DNA from: PVC group bacterium | Lineage (GTDB): Bacteria > Verrucomicrobiota > Kiritimatiellia > UBA8416 > PXDI01 | Direction: 5' to 3' | DNA: 32,480 nt | NCBI GenBank assembly: GCA_003565095.1 | Contig: PXDI01000090.1 | Coordinates: 1-32,480, forward strand | Translations under genes and position numbers: made by a program | Shown: one piece after another, positions 25,187 through 31,513 of the stretch | Layout of the letters: each line of letters opens with the position of its first letter | Numbering within the stretch: position 1 is the stretch's first letter | Notes under the pieces: model-generated | The model's database searches: none | What the model was told of the DNA's origin: nothing | Seen by the model: only the letters and a program-made list of their open reading frames with translations

Positions 25187-25540
25187 GGGGGCGACTGGTT
25201 TCGACGTAATGGATGTTAAGCAGTAGTGGCGTGTCGAGGATCCCGGTGGGCCTCGTTAATCATCCGGGGCAAAAAACATAAATGCCGACGAAGAGTTGGC
25301 CCTCGCGGCTTAATTGTTCCGCGACGTTCCGCCGCTGACGCCTGTTAGGCGGACCGGAGCGACGACAGCAGGCTGGCTGAAAATGTGCGTCACGGGCATT
25401 TTCGGTGAGACTTTTACCGCGACTGGCTGTCAGGGCGCCTGTTAATCGGTGTACCAGATAGTGAGAAAAAACGGTTAACTACACACGTAGAGGCTGCTGT
25501 GAACCCATTGCGGACGGGGGTTCGATTCCCCCCGCCTCCA
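25187..25540 (+). ncRNA. ssrA: tmRNA (transfer-messenger RNA), one-piece
   Basis: The 5' GGGGGCG (25187-25193) pairs with 3' CGCCTCC (25533-25539), giving the G3-U alanine identity pair, followed by discriminator A at 25540. The 5' sequence GGGGGCGACTGGTTTCGACG is typical. The T-arm is GGGGG-TTCGATT-CCCCC (25516-25532). The tag ORF ends ...GCC GAC GAA GAG TTG GCC CTC GCG GCT TAA (25284-25313), encoding ADEELALAA. CCA is not encoded. Confidence 0.93.
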
Positions 25541-25573
25541 GTCTTCGTCCGCAGCGTAGCGGAGGACGAAGAC
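25541..25573 (+). terminator. 10-bp hairpin immediately 3' of tmRNA (GTCTTCGTCC...GGACGAAGAC), no U-tract
   Basis: Stem arms are 25541-25550 and 25564-25573 with a 13-nt loop. The 3' arm overlaps the start of the 46-bp direct repeat. Confidence 0.35.
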
Positions 25574-25613
25574 TGCCTCGGCATAGTTCCGGTACTCCGG
25601 GACGAAGCCGGGC
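25568..25613 (+). repeat. 46-bp direct repeat, left copy (flanks the GIY-YIG cassette)
   Basis: gaagactgcctcggcatagttccggtactccgggacgaagccgggc is identical at 46/46 positions to 25903-25948. Confidence 0.95.
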
Positions 25614-25655
25614 CTTTTGATATTTATCCGCTGCGAACTACGCCTGGGCAAGCCT

Positions 25656-25904
25656 ATGGACGGATATACATATGTATATGTCTTGCAAAGCAAAACAGAT
25701 CCTCAAAAACATTATACGGGTATAACCGCGGATTTAGGTGAACGCTTACATAAACACAATAGTGGTAGCGTACCGCATACAGCAAAATACAAGCCTTGGG
25801 GAATCAGAACAGCAACGGCTTTTAGAGATCGTGAATTAGCGGCAAAGTTTGAAAAATATTTAAAAACCCATTCCGGACGTGTCTTCGCTTCGCGCCATTT
25901 TTGA
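25656..25904 (+). CDS. Small stand-alone GIY-YIG (URI-domain) nuclease family protein, 82 aa
   Basis: MDGYTYVYVLQSKTDPQKHYTGITADLGERLHKHNSG... carries a YVY variant of GIY, a YTG variant of YIG and the conserved R-x3-H-N region. The segment is AT-rich relative to its flanks. The stop codon TGA (25902-25904) is formed at the junction with the right direct repeat. Confidence 0.8.
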   Translation: MDGYTYVYVLQSKTDPQKHYTGITADLGERLHKHNSGSVPHTAKYKPWGIRTATAFRDRELAAKFEKYLKTHSGRVFASRHF

Positions 25905-25948
25905 AGACTGCCTCGGCATAGTTCCGGTACTCCGGGACGAAGCCGGGC
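25903..25948 (+). repeat. 46-bp direct repeat, right copy
   Basis: It is an exact copy of 25568-25613. The flanking bases differ on both sides. Confidence 0.95.
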
Positions 25949-25950
25949 AT

Positions 25951-26193
25951 TGACCATGTGGACCGTTTTGACTCCACAGTCGTTTGAGCAGGATGGTCTA
26001 TCAGGTCAGAAATGTCAATCAGGTCATATTTGCGCTCAATCCTCCCAGCTAAACCGCACTTGCTCCAGAATCTTTGCAATTGCGGCGGGACCGTCGTAAT
26101 CGAAAAGCAGGACGTGGTTGGAGCGCGGCCAGATGGTGATGTTTTCATCGGGCAGTTGCAGGTGTTCGGTCGCAATTCTAATTATGACTCCAG
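25951..26193 (-). pseudogene. Possible frameshifted gene remnant (unknown family)
   Basis: Two - strand frames read ...IATEHLQLPDENITIWPRSNHVLLFDYDGPAAIAKILEQVRFSWED* (stop at 26036-26038) and ...RIERKYDLIDISDLIDHPAQTTVESKRSTWS, joined by a -1/+1 shift near 26040. No in-frame ATG or GTG start lies close upstream, and I recognised no motif. Confidence 0.15.
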
Positions 26194-26196
26194 ACC

Positions 26197-26326
26197 CCCG
26201 TGACCTTGTGTCACGGGTGAACCAGATTGGCGGAAAAGTACGCTTTTCCCGCCAATCTTCCGCTCCTGCCGCACCAGTCTTCGCACAAGTGCTACGCCGC
26301 GGCACGCAAGGCGGCAGGGGCGGAAG
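26197..26326. repeat. Three consecutive strong hairpins upstream of the PLD gene
   Basis: (1) 26197-26217 is CCCGTGAC-CTTGT-GTCACGGG, 8 bp. (2) 26225-26257 is GATTGGCGGAAAAG-TACG-CTTTTCC(C)GCCAATC, 14 bp with one bulge. (3) 26257-26272 CTTCCGCTCCTGCCGC pairs with 26311-26326 GCGGCAGGGGCGGAAG (15/16 plus one G-U), enclosing a 38-nt loop. Confidence 0.7.
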
Positions 26327-26353
26327 CCATAATGAGAATTGCCGCCCTCCGGC

Positions 26354-26383
26354 TTGACAGGCTGTATATTCATCTGTTGTAAT
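26354..26383 (+). promoter_or_regulatory. Sigma-70-like promoter candidate TTGACA-N18-TGTAAT for the PLD gene
   Basis: TTGACA lies at 26354-26359 and TGTAAT at 26378-26383. The predicted start site falls about 26390, at the start codon (ATG 26391). No Shine-Dalgarno sequence is visible in aatcagattg. Confidence 0.3.
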
Positions 26384-26390
26384 CAGATTG

Positions 26391-27647
26391 ATGTACCGTA
26401 GAGTTAAAACAAAGGCGTTTGGCGGCTTGTTCTTGCGCTGCATTTGCGTCTGCAGCATTGCGATATTGCCGGTAGTTTCTAAACCGGCCGCCGCCCAGAT
26501 CACTCGCGGCAGCGACTGGATAGTCGCCTATAACCTGCCGTCACGTTCTTCTTCGTCTCCCGCGCAAGGCGAAAAAGCCATTCGCGATTCCCTGCTGCAA
26601 AAAATCGGCCGTCTGGAAAAAGGCCACTCAGCCGGCCTCGCAACCTACACATTATCCGGCGACTCCGATTCAATGGGTGCCGCCGGACCGCTACTGGTCG
26701 CGGTCTCGCAGGCGCTCGACCGCGGCGCAGCGGTTTTGTTCGTGGTGGATAGTAACGTCGGCCGTATTACCCGTTTCGGCCCGGCCGACCTTTCGCTTAA
26801 CCGTCTGTCACGCCGCGGCACCAATCCCATGGCCGTTTCAATCGCCCCCGACGATGTGCTCATGCATCACAAAATCGGCATCTTTGATTTCGGCCGCAAC
26901 GCTAAATGGGTCTTCACATCATCATGGAACTTTACCGGCGGCGCCAGTATCTTCCAGTGGAATATCGGGGTGTTTTTGCGCAATGACACACTGCATGCCG
27001 CCTACGCCGCCGAAATGGAGGAATTCCGCGCCGGCCGTTTCGGTAGTGCCAAAAACCGGCGGCATGACGGAACCCGTTTCAGACTGGAAGGCGCGTGGGG
27101 CGACTGCTGGGTGCGCTTTTCGCCGTTTCACGGCAGCGGCGGCGGATCAAGGGATGCCGAAACCGATATCATTCGCATGATCAATAACGCGCGGGATGAT
27201 ATTTACTTTGCGCTGAACAAAATCAACCGTCCGGGAATTCAACTGGCGCTGGTGAATGCGGTGAACCGCGGCGTGCGGGTTACCGGGGTGATTCCCGAAA
27301 GCGATCTGGTTGAAGGCCGCTTTGCGGTTTCCGCCCCAATTAAAGCCCATTTGAGTAATCCGGCTAATTTCCGCGGACAGCGTAACGTTGTTTTTCTGAA
27401 AGCGCGTGCCCAGTCCGGTGATGACGAAGCCGACTCCGGTCAACGCGACCTCGTGCATACCAAATATATGATAATCGATCCCGACGGACGCAATCCGGTG
27501 GTTATTCACGGTTCCGCCAACTGGACCGCGGCCGGTCTTTCATCACCAACCGGCAACGATGAAAATACATTATTCCTGCTGCACCGTGATATCGCCGCCA
27601 CCTTTCTTGAACATTTCCACCGCATGACCATCCCCCTGGACGAATAA
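26391..27647 (+). CDS. Secreted phospholipase D superfamily protein with two HKD motifs
   Basis: The signal peptide is MYRRVKTKAFGGLFLRCICVCSIAILPVVSKPAAAQ. HKD motif 1 is LMHHKIGIFDFGRNAKWVFTSSWNFT and HKD motif 2 is LVHTKYMIIDPDGRNPVVIHGSANWT. The track ORF begins at TTG 26388. Confidence 0.85.
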   Translation: MYRRVKTKAFGGLFLRCICVCSIAILPVVSKPAAAQITRGSDWIVAYNLPSRSSSSPAQGEKAIRDSLLQKIGRLEKGHSAGLATYTLSGDSDSMGAAGPLLVAVSQALDRGAAVLFVVDSNVGRITRFGPADLSLNRLSRRGTNPMAVSIAPDDVLMHHKIGIFDFGRNAKWVFTSSWNFTGGASIFQWNIGVFLRNDTLHAAYAAEMEEFRAGRFGSAKNRRHDGTRFRLEGAWGDCWVRFSPFHGSGGGSRDAETDIIRMINNARDDIYFALNKINRPGIQLALVNAVNRGVRVTGVIPESDLVEGRFAVSAPIKAHLSNPANFRGQRNVVFLKARAQSGDDEADSGQRDLVHTKYMIIDPDGRNPVVIHGSANWTAAGLSSPTGNDENTLFLLHRDIAATFLEHFHRMTIPLDE

Positions 27648-27671
27648 CCGCTTTCCTGTCTGTGCATCCCA

Positions 27672-27698
27672 GTACCACAGGCAGAATGCCTTTGGTAC
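27672..27698 (+). terminator. Hairpin 25 nt after the PLD stop (11 of 12 bp paired, GAA loop), no U-tract
   Basis: GTACCACAGGCA-GAA-TGCCTTTGGTAC has a single C/T mismatch and is followed by attaaagag. Confidence 0.35.
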
Positions 27699-27713
27699 AT
27701 TAAAGAGATTCGA

Positions 27714-27783
27714 GTGTAAGAGTACGTGTAAGAGTACGGTCCAGATGCGTTCCCGTCTCTTACTCTTACACCTGCTCTTACAC
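27714..27783. repeat. Inverted repeat built from GTGTAAGAG words
   Basis: The left arm 27714-27737 is (gtgtaagagtac)x2. The right arm 27757-27783 is ctcttactcttacacctgctcttacac, which carries the complementary CTCTTACAC words. The spacer is 19 nt. Confidence 0.8.
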
Positions 27784-27822
27784 GCCTATCTCTCCAAACA
27801 CTTCGTCTCCACACTCCCATCT

Positions 27823-28175
27823 TTTCCGCTTTCTGCTTTCCACGTTCCACGTGGCACTCCCCAGTCTGCCGTCTGCCGTCTGCAGTCTGCTCCCCGACAA
27901 AGCTCGCGACAAAGCTCGCGACAAAGTTTTTTACTCCCACCCTCACACACCCACACACTCACACACTCCGCCCGTCTTCCCCCTCCGGGTCTGCAGTCTG
28001 CGGTCTGCAGTCTTCAGTCTTCTGTCTTCAGTCTGCTCCCCGACAAAGCTCGCGACAAAGCTCGCGACAAAGTTTTTTACTCCCACCCTCACATACTCAC
28101 ACACTCACACACTCCCCTCCCCGGTCTTCAGTCTGCCGTCTTCAGTCTTCCGTCTGCGGCTTTCCGCTTTTTCAC
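27823..28175. repeat. Composite repeat block: TTTCCGC/TTCCAC heptads, three GTCTGCN/GTCTTCN heptad arrays, and two copies of an 81-bp unit
   Basis: Heptads tttccgc tttctgc tttccac gttccac lie at 27823-27850. GTCTGCN arrays lie at 27864-27891 (4 units), 27989-28037 (7 units) and 28124-28158 (5 units). The 81-mer at 27889-27969 and 28035-28115 is identical at 79/81 positions; it contains (cgacaaagctcg)x2.5 and a CA-rich tail. The higher-order period is 146 bp. Confidence 0.95.
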
Positions 28176-28242
28176 GCAAAGCTTGCTCCGCAGAAACATT
28201 TATGCTTTTATTAGCCAACATTTCAATATTGGGAGAAACGGC

Positions 28243-30864
28243 ATGTCGCGCGTACACGAAGCGCTCAATACAGGCAGGTCCGAAGACGATTGGCGTATTA
28301 TTACTCCGGATGATGCCACAATCGGTCCGCTCAGCACTGTCCAGCTTATGGCTATGGCTGCCGACGGCCGGCTTGTGCCCGGCTGCCGCGTATCCTCCGG
28401 CGGTCAGGCATGGCAGCGGGTTGAAGAGATTCCGGAACTGCGTCTTGAATGGGTGGCATGTCACCAGGATGCCCCCTCCTATGGCCCCTTTCACGTTCTA
28501 GCAGTCCCGCATCTGGTCCGGCAAGGCGTTCTAAATGCCGAAACTGTCCTGCAACATGTCAAAACCGGAAAAACCATCCGCGTTGACGAATTGTTGAAAA
28601 ATCCCGCCGGCAGCAGCCCGGCCGGTATCGGTTCCGGCACCTCTCCCGATCAGCAGCAATGGCTGCGGCGCGAAGCCGAACTCGAACAGCAGTTGGACGA
28701 ACTGATCCGCCAGCGTGACGAGTTGCAGCGGCTTGTGGATGAATCATCCCTCGAAACCGAGGCCGACGCGGCGGCCGCCGCTGAACGGATTAAAGCGCTG
28801 AATCACGAAAACGAACAGTGGCGTGAACGATTGAACGAACAACACGCAACCGTCAAAACCCTGGAACAGCGTCTGGTTGAAACTGAAGACCGGCGTCTGG
28901 CGCGGGAAAAACAGGCGCTGTTAACGGAACGCAAGCTGAACAGCGAATTGCAGACCCTGCGCGAGCTGCTGGAAAATACGCGCCGCAAACAGGATCAGAC
29001 TGCCCGCGATGCCGAAACCCGCCTGCTTGAATCGGAAAAAAAGATCAAGCAGCTTGAAAATCTGATCGAGGAGCAGCGGCAGGAAAGCGAACTGCGTGCA
29101 CATGCGTTAGAACAGGATGTTGCCGGACGCGTCAATGAAAACAGTTTGCTGAGTGAGGAACTCGCCAGCCTGCGCAGTGAAAATGAAGAATTGCGCAGGC
29201 AGAATCTTGAGATAGAGACGGGTATTCAGGAGCGGCTGCAAGCCGGGGAACGTGAGCTTGAATCTTTGCGCGCCGCTGCGGAAGACGCCGGCCGTGAAGA
29301 ATGGGAAAAGGAAAAAAGCGCATTACTGGCGGAGATTGCCGCTCTTCAGGCCGGATTGCGCGAGGACGAAGCGCAGCATACCGGGGAAGTGGCAAGCTTG
29401 CGCGAAGCACAGAAAAGTCTGCAGGCCGAAGTTGAAGAATTGCGTGTGCAGGCCGCTAAAGCAGAAAACGCGGAGGCGCTGAATAAAGAGGTGACGGAAC
29501 TGCACGAGGCCAATCGCGCATTGCAGGCGCAGATTGAGTCAGCGGAGCAGAAGTATTCGTCAGTAGCACAGCAGGCTGATGTGCGTCTAAAGGAAACGGT
29601 TGCGGAACGTGACCGGCTGCAAGCTGAAGTAACCCGTTTGCAAGCGGATTTTGATAATCTGAAGCGCGCTGATACACAAGAGCAGCGCGAGGCTGAAAAT
29701 TATAAAGCACAGCTTGAAGCTGCCCGCGAACAGCAGGCCGAAATAGCCGTGGAACTTTCCAGGGCGCGCGAGCAGGCCGCGCACGTTGCCTCCGCCGCCA
29801 GTGAGCAGCACGAAAAAGAAATACGTTCGCTGCGCGGTGAACTGGCCCGGCAACGCAGCCGTAATAAGGAACTGGAAACCGCGCTGGAATCCGGCCGCCG
29901 GCAGACCGCCGAAATCTCCGCTCAGTTGGCTTCCGAGAAAAATGCGCACACCGTGGATAATCAATCCGCGGCGGAACGCACCGCGGCACTGCAGCAGGAG
30001 TTGGCCGGAATGCGTGAGCAGCGCGATAATGCACAGCGCGAGATTACCCGTATACAGGAAATCCGCGAAGCGCTCGACGGTGAACTTGAAAAAACCCGTA
30101 ACGAACTTGATCGTTTGCGGGAAACAACCGATCGGCTTGAAGGTGAGCTGCGTAATGCACAGATCGAAAATAAACGTATCCGCCGCGAGCATGAAACCGC
30201 GCTCCCCGGAGCAATGGAGCTGAAAACTTCTTCGCAGGGGGAGCATGCGGAGCCGTCAGTTATCAGGCTGGTAGGTCTTATGGCGGCGGCAACCCTGGCG
30301 GTTATTGTGCTGCTGTGGGTAAACACCCCGGTCGGATATGACCTCCGTACCGGACGGAAGACCATGCCGGACGCCGGATTTCATCAACTGCCGCAACCGC
30401 CGGACGAACCGTTGCGCGCACCCGAATATATTGTCAGCCCGCCGCAGCCCGAAACCGCGGTTGCCGTTAAGCCGCCCGCCGTTCCGGAAATCACACTGCC
30501 CGGTGCCGCAACCGCGGCATTTGAGGATATGCTGCGCATTTCATTCAATGCACCCTTGCTGGGCGAAGGGCTTGATCCGGCCCCGGCGATGCTTAGACGC
30601 CTTTTTGAGCTCTCCGAAGCCGTCGGCCCATGGCTCGATTCTCACCGCCTCTATGTGATCGCCCGCAGTCAGTCGCAAGATGTGGACTCTGCCGCGCGCG
30701 CTATGGACCGGCAACGTGCACAACATCTGGCCGGAATCCTGACAACCAATTTCTCCCTGCCGGCGGGCAGAATCGCTGCCGGCGCCGCCGGTGATTTTGC
30801 AGCGCCGCAGGATACCGCGGCGCATCCCGCCGGAATTGAATTCTGGTTGATTCCCGTGCGCTGA
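28243..30864 (+). CDS. GYF_2 (DUF4339)-domain / long coiled-coil / single-TM / divergent OmpA-MotB-like C-terminal domain protein, 873 aa
   Basis: GGGAGA lies 7 nt upstream of ATG 28243. The N-terminus [51 protein letters not shown] fits the GYF_2 pattern, with a second degenerate copy ([39 protein letters not shown]). About 550 aa of E/Q/R/L-rich heptad-like sequence follow. The TM helix [21 protein letters not shown] is at 30259-30321, followed by a Pro-rich linker. The C-terminus [31 protein letters not shown]...[16 protein letters not shown]...IEFWLIP resembles an OmpA-like domain. Confidence 0.75.
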   Translation: MSRVHEALNTGRSEDDWRIITPDDATIGPLSTVQLMAMAADGRLVPGCRVSSGGQAWQRVEEIPELRLEWVACHQDAPSYGPFHVLAVPHLVRQGVLNAETVLQHVKTGKTIRVDELLKNPAGSSPAGIGSGTSPDQQQWLRREAELEQQLDELIRQRDELQRLVDESSLETEADAAAAAERIKALNHENEQWRERLNEQHATVKTLEQRLVETEDRRLAREKQALLTERKLNSELQTLRELLENTRRKQDQTARDAETRLLESEKKIKQLENLIEEQRQESELRAHALEQDVAGRVNENSLLSEELASLRSENEELRRQNLEIETGIQERLQAGERELESLRAAAEDAGREEWEKEKSALLAEIAALQAGLREDEAQHTGEVASLREAQKSLQAEVEELRVQAAKAENAEALNKEVTELHEANRALQAQIESAEQKYSSVAQQADVRLKETVAERDRLQAEVTRLQADFDNLKRADTQEQREAENYKAQLEAAREQQAEIAVELSRAREQAAHVASAASEQHEKEIRSLRGELARQRSRNKELETALESGRRQTAEISAQLASEKNAHTVDNQSAAERTAALQQELAGMREQRDNAQREITRIQEIREALDGELEKTRNELDRLRETTDRLEGELRNAQIENKRIRREHETALPGAMELKTSSQGEHAEPSVIRLVGLMAAATLAVIVLLWVNTPVGYDLRTGRKTMPDAGFHQLPQPPDEPLRAPEYIVSPPQPETAVAVKPPAVPEITLPGAATAAFEDMLRISFNAPLLGEGLDPAPAMLRRLFELSEAVGPWLDSHRLYVIARSQSQDVDSAARAMDRQRAQHLAGILTTNFSLPAGRIAAGAAGDFAAPQDTAAHPAGIEFWLIPVR

Positions 30865-30878
30865 AGAAAGGAAAGACG

Positions 30879-31310
30879 ATGCAGGTAAAAGTATTGAAGT
30901 TGAAAAAAAATGCCATTCTGCCGCGCTATGCGCATCCCGGTGACGCCGGGGCGGACGTCTTTGCCGCAGGCCATGTTGTTATTGAACCCGGAGCCACCGC
31001 GCTTGTTCCAACCGGCATTGCCATCGAACTGCCGCATGGTTATGAAGCGCAGGTGCGTCCGCGCAGCGGCCTGGCCCTGAAACACTCCGTCTCGGTATTG
31101 AATACCCCCGGAACCATCGATGCCGGCTACCGCGGTGAGGTCGGGGTGATTATGATCAACCACGGCCGCGAGCCCTTCGAGATTAATCCCGGCGACCGTA
31201 TCGCCCAGATGGTCATCAAGCCCGTGCTTGAAATTGAAATGGTCGAAGCCGAAACATTATCCGATACCAGCCGCGGTGCCGGCGGTTTCGGCTCCACCGG
31301 CCGCCAGTGA
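30879..31310 (+). CDS. dut: dUTP diphosphatase
   Basis: Motifs seen are [58 protein letters not shown] and the C-terminal [10 protein letters not shown]. Length is 143 aa. Confidence 0.97.
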   Translation: MQVKVLKLKKNAILPRYAHPGDAGADVFAAGHVVIEPGATALVPTGIAIELPHGYEAQVRPRSGLALKHSVSVLNTPGTIDAGYRGEVGVIMINHGREPFEINPGDRIAQMVIKPVLEIEMVEAETLSDTSRGAGGFGSTGRQ

Positions 31311-31327
31311 CTCTTTAATAGTAAAAC

Positions 31328-31348
31328 GTGGAACGTTTGAGAAGAGTT
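31328..31348 (+). repeat. 21-nt motif GTGGAACGTTTGAGAAGAGTT (exact inverted copy at 16209-16229)
   Basis: It lies 18 nt after the dut stop. It is preceded by agtaaaacgt, which resembles agtaaaacgt at about 16166-16176. Confidence 0.8.
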
Positions 31349-31355
31349 GTTCTTA

Positions 31356-31421
31356 CGTTTCACTTTCCGCACTCCACAGGTCTGCGGTCTGCAGTCTGCG
31401 GTCTGCAGTCTGTAGTCTCAA
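31356..31421. repeat. Heptad module: gtttcac tttccgc actccac, then six GTCTGCN units
   Basis: The GTCTGCN units at 31380-31421 read gtctgcg gtctgca gtctgcg gtctgca gtctgta gtctcaa. The word order matches the start of the 27823-27891 block. Confidence 0.9.
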
Positions 31422-31513
31422 GCCTCCCCCTCCCGCACTCTAACCTTGCAAGCCGTGTTGGCTATGCAGTAACATGAACGTTTTATGACATACCAAAGGA
31501 AAGGTTCTGTTTA

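Noticed and set aside
25187-25904. GIY-YIG ORF as a group I intron homing endonuclease interrupting tmRNA
   Set aside because: The acceptor stem closes cleanly at 25533-25540, before the cassette, so the GIY-YIG gene lies outside the mature tmRNA. I saw no intron-like core.
25187-26390. Classical genomic island integrated into ssrA
   Set aside because: I found no integrase gene and no duplicated tmRNA 3' segment (no second TTCGATTCC...CGCCTCCA) in the window. Only a 10-mer (CCAGTCTTCG) recurs at 26275-26284, which may be chance. It is reported only as a small insertion/decay zone.
27852-27869. Sigma-54 promoter TGGCAC in the repeat block (and TGGCGA-N5-TTCA at 22388-22402)
   Set aside because: At 27852 the GC falls 13 nt rather than 10 nt after the GG. 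At 22388 the -12 element lacks GC. Neither meets the core spacing or identity requirements.
27864-28158. Possible CRISPR array (regularly spaced repeats)
   Set aside because: The units are 7-bp tandem words without spacers. The only long repeat is an 81-mer present twice with a low-complexity interior. There is no CRISPR-like 25-40 bp repeat/spacer alternation and no cas genes. The same applies to the 8-bp array at 25009-25104.
27745-28242. The N-terminal 166 codons of the 1039-aa track ORF (27745-30864), which would extend the coiled-coil protein upstream
   Set aside because: This part is a translation of tandem DNA repeats (QSAVCRLQSAP..., DKARDKARDK, HTHTLTHS). It has no RBS. The GYF domain begins right after ATG 28243, which has a GGGAGA RBS. 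The open frame is a by-product of repeat periodicity.
26391-30864. Zorya-like or other defence pairing (OmpA/MotB-like anchor with long coiled coil, plus a PLD nuclease)
   Set aside because: There is no MotA-like multi-TM partner. The coiled coil and the OmpA-like domain are in one single-TM protein. The PLD protein has a signal peptide and so is exported. The genes are separated by 595 bp of repeats, and no helicase or ATPase is present. The resemblance is superficial.
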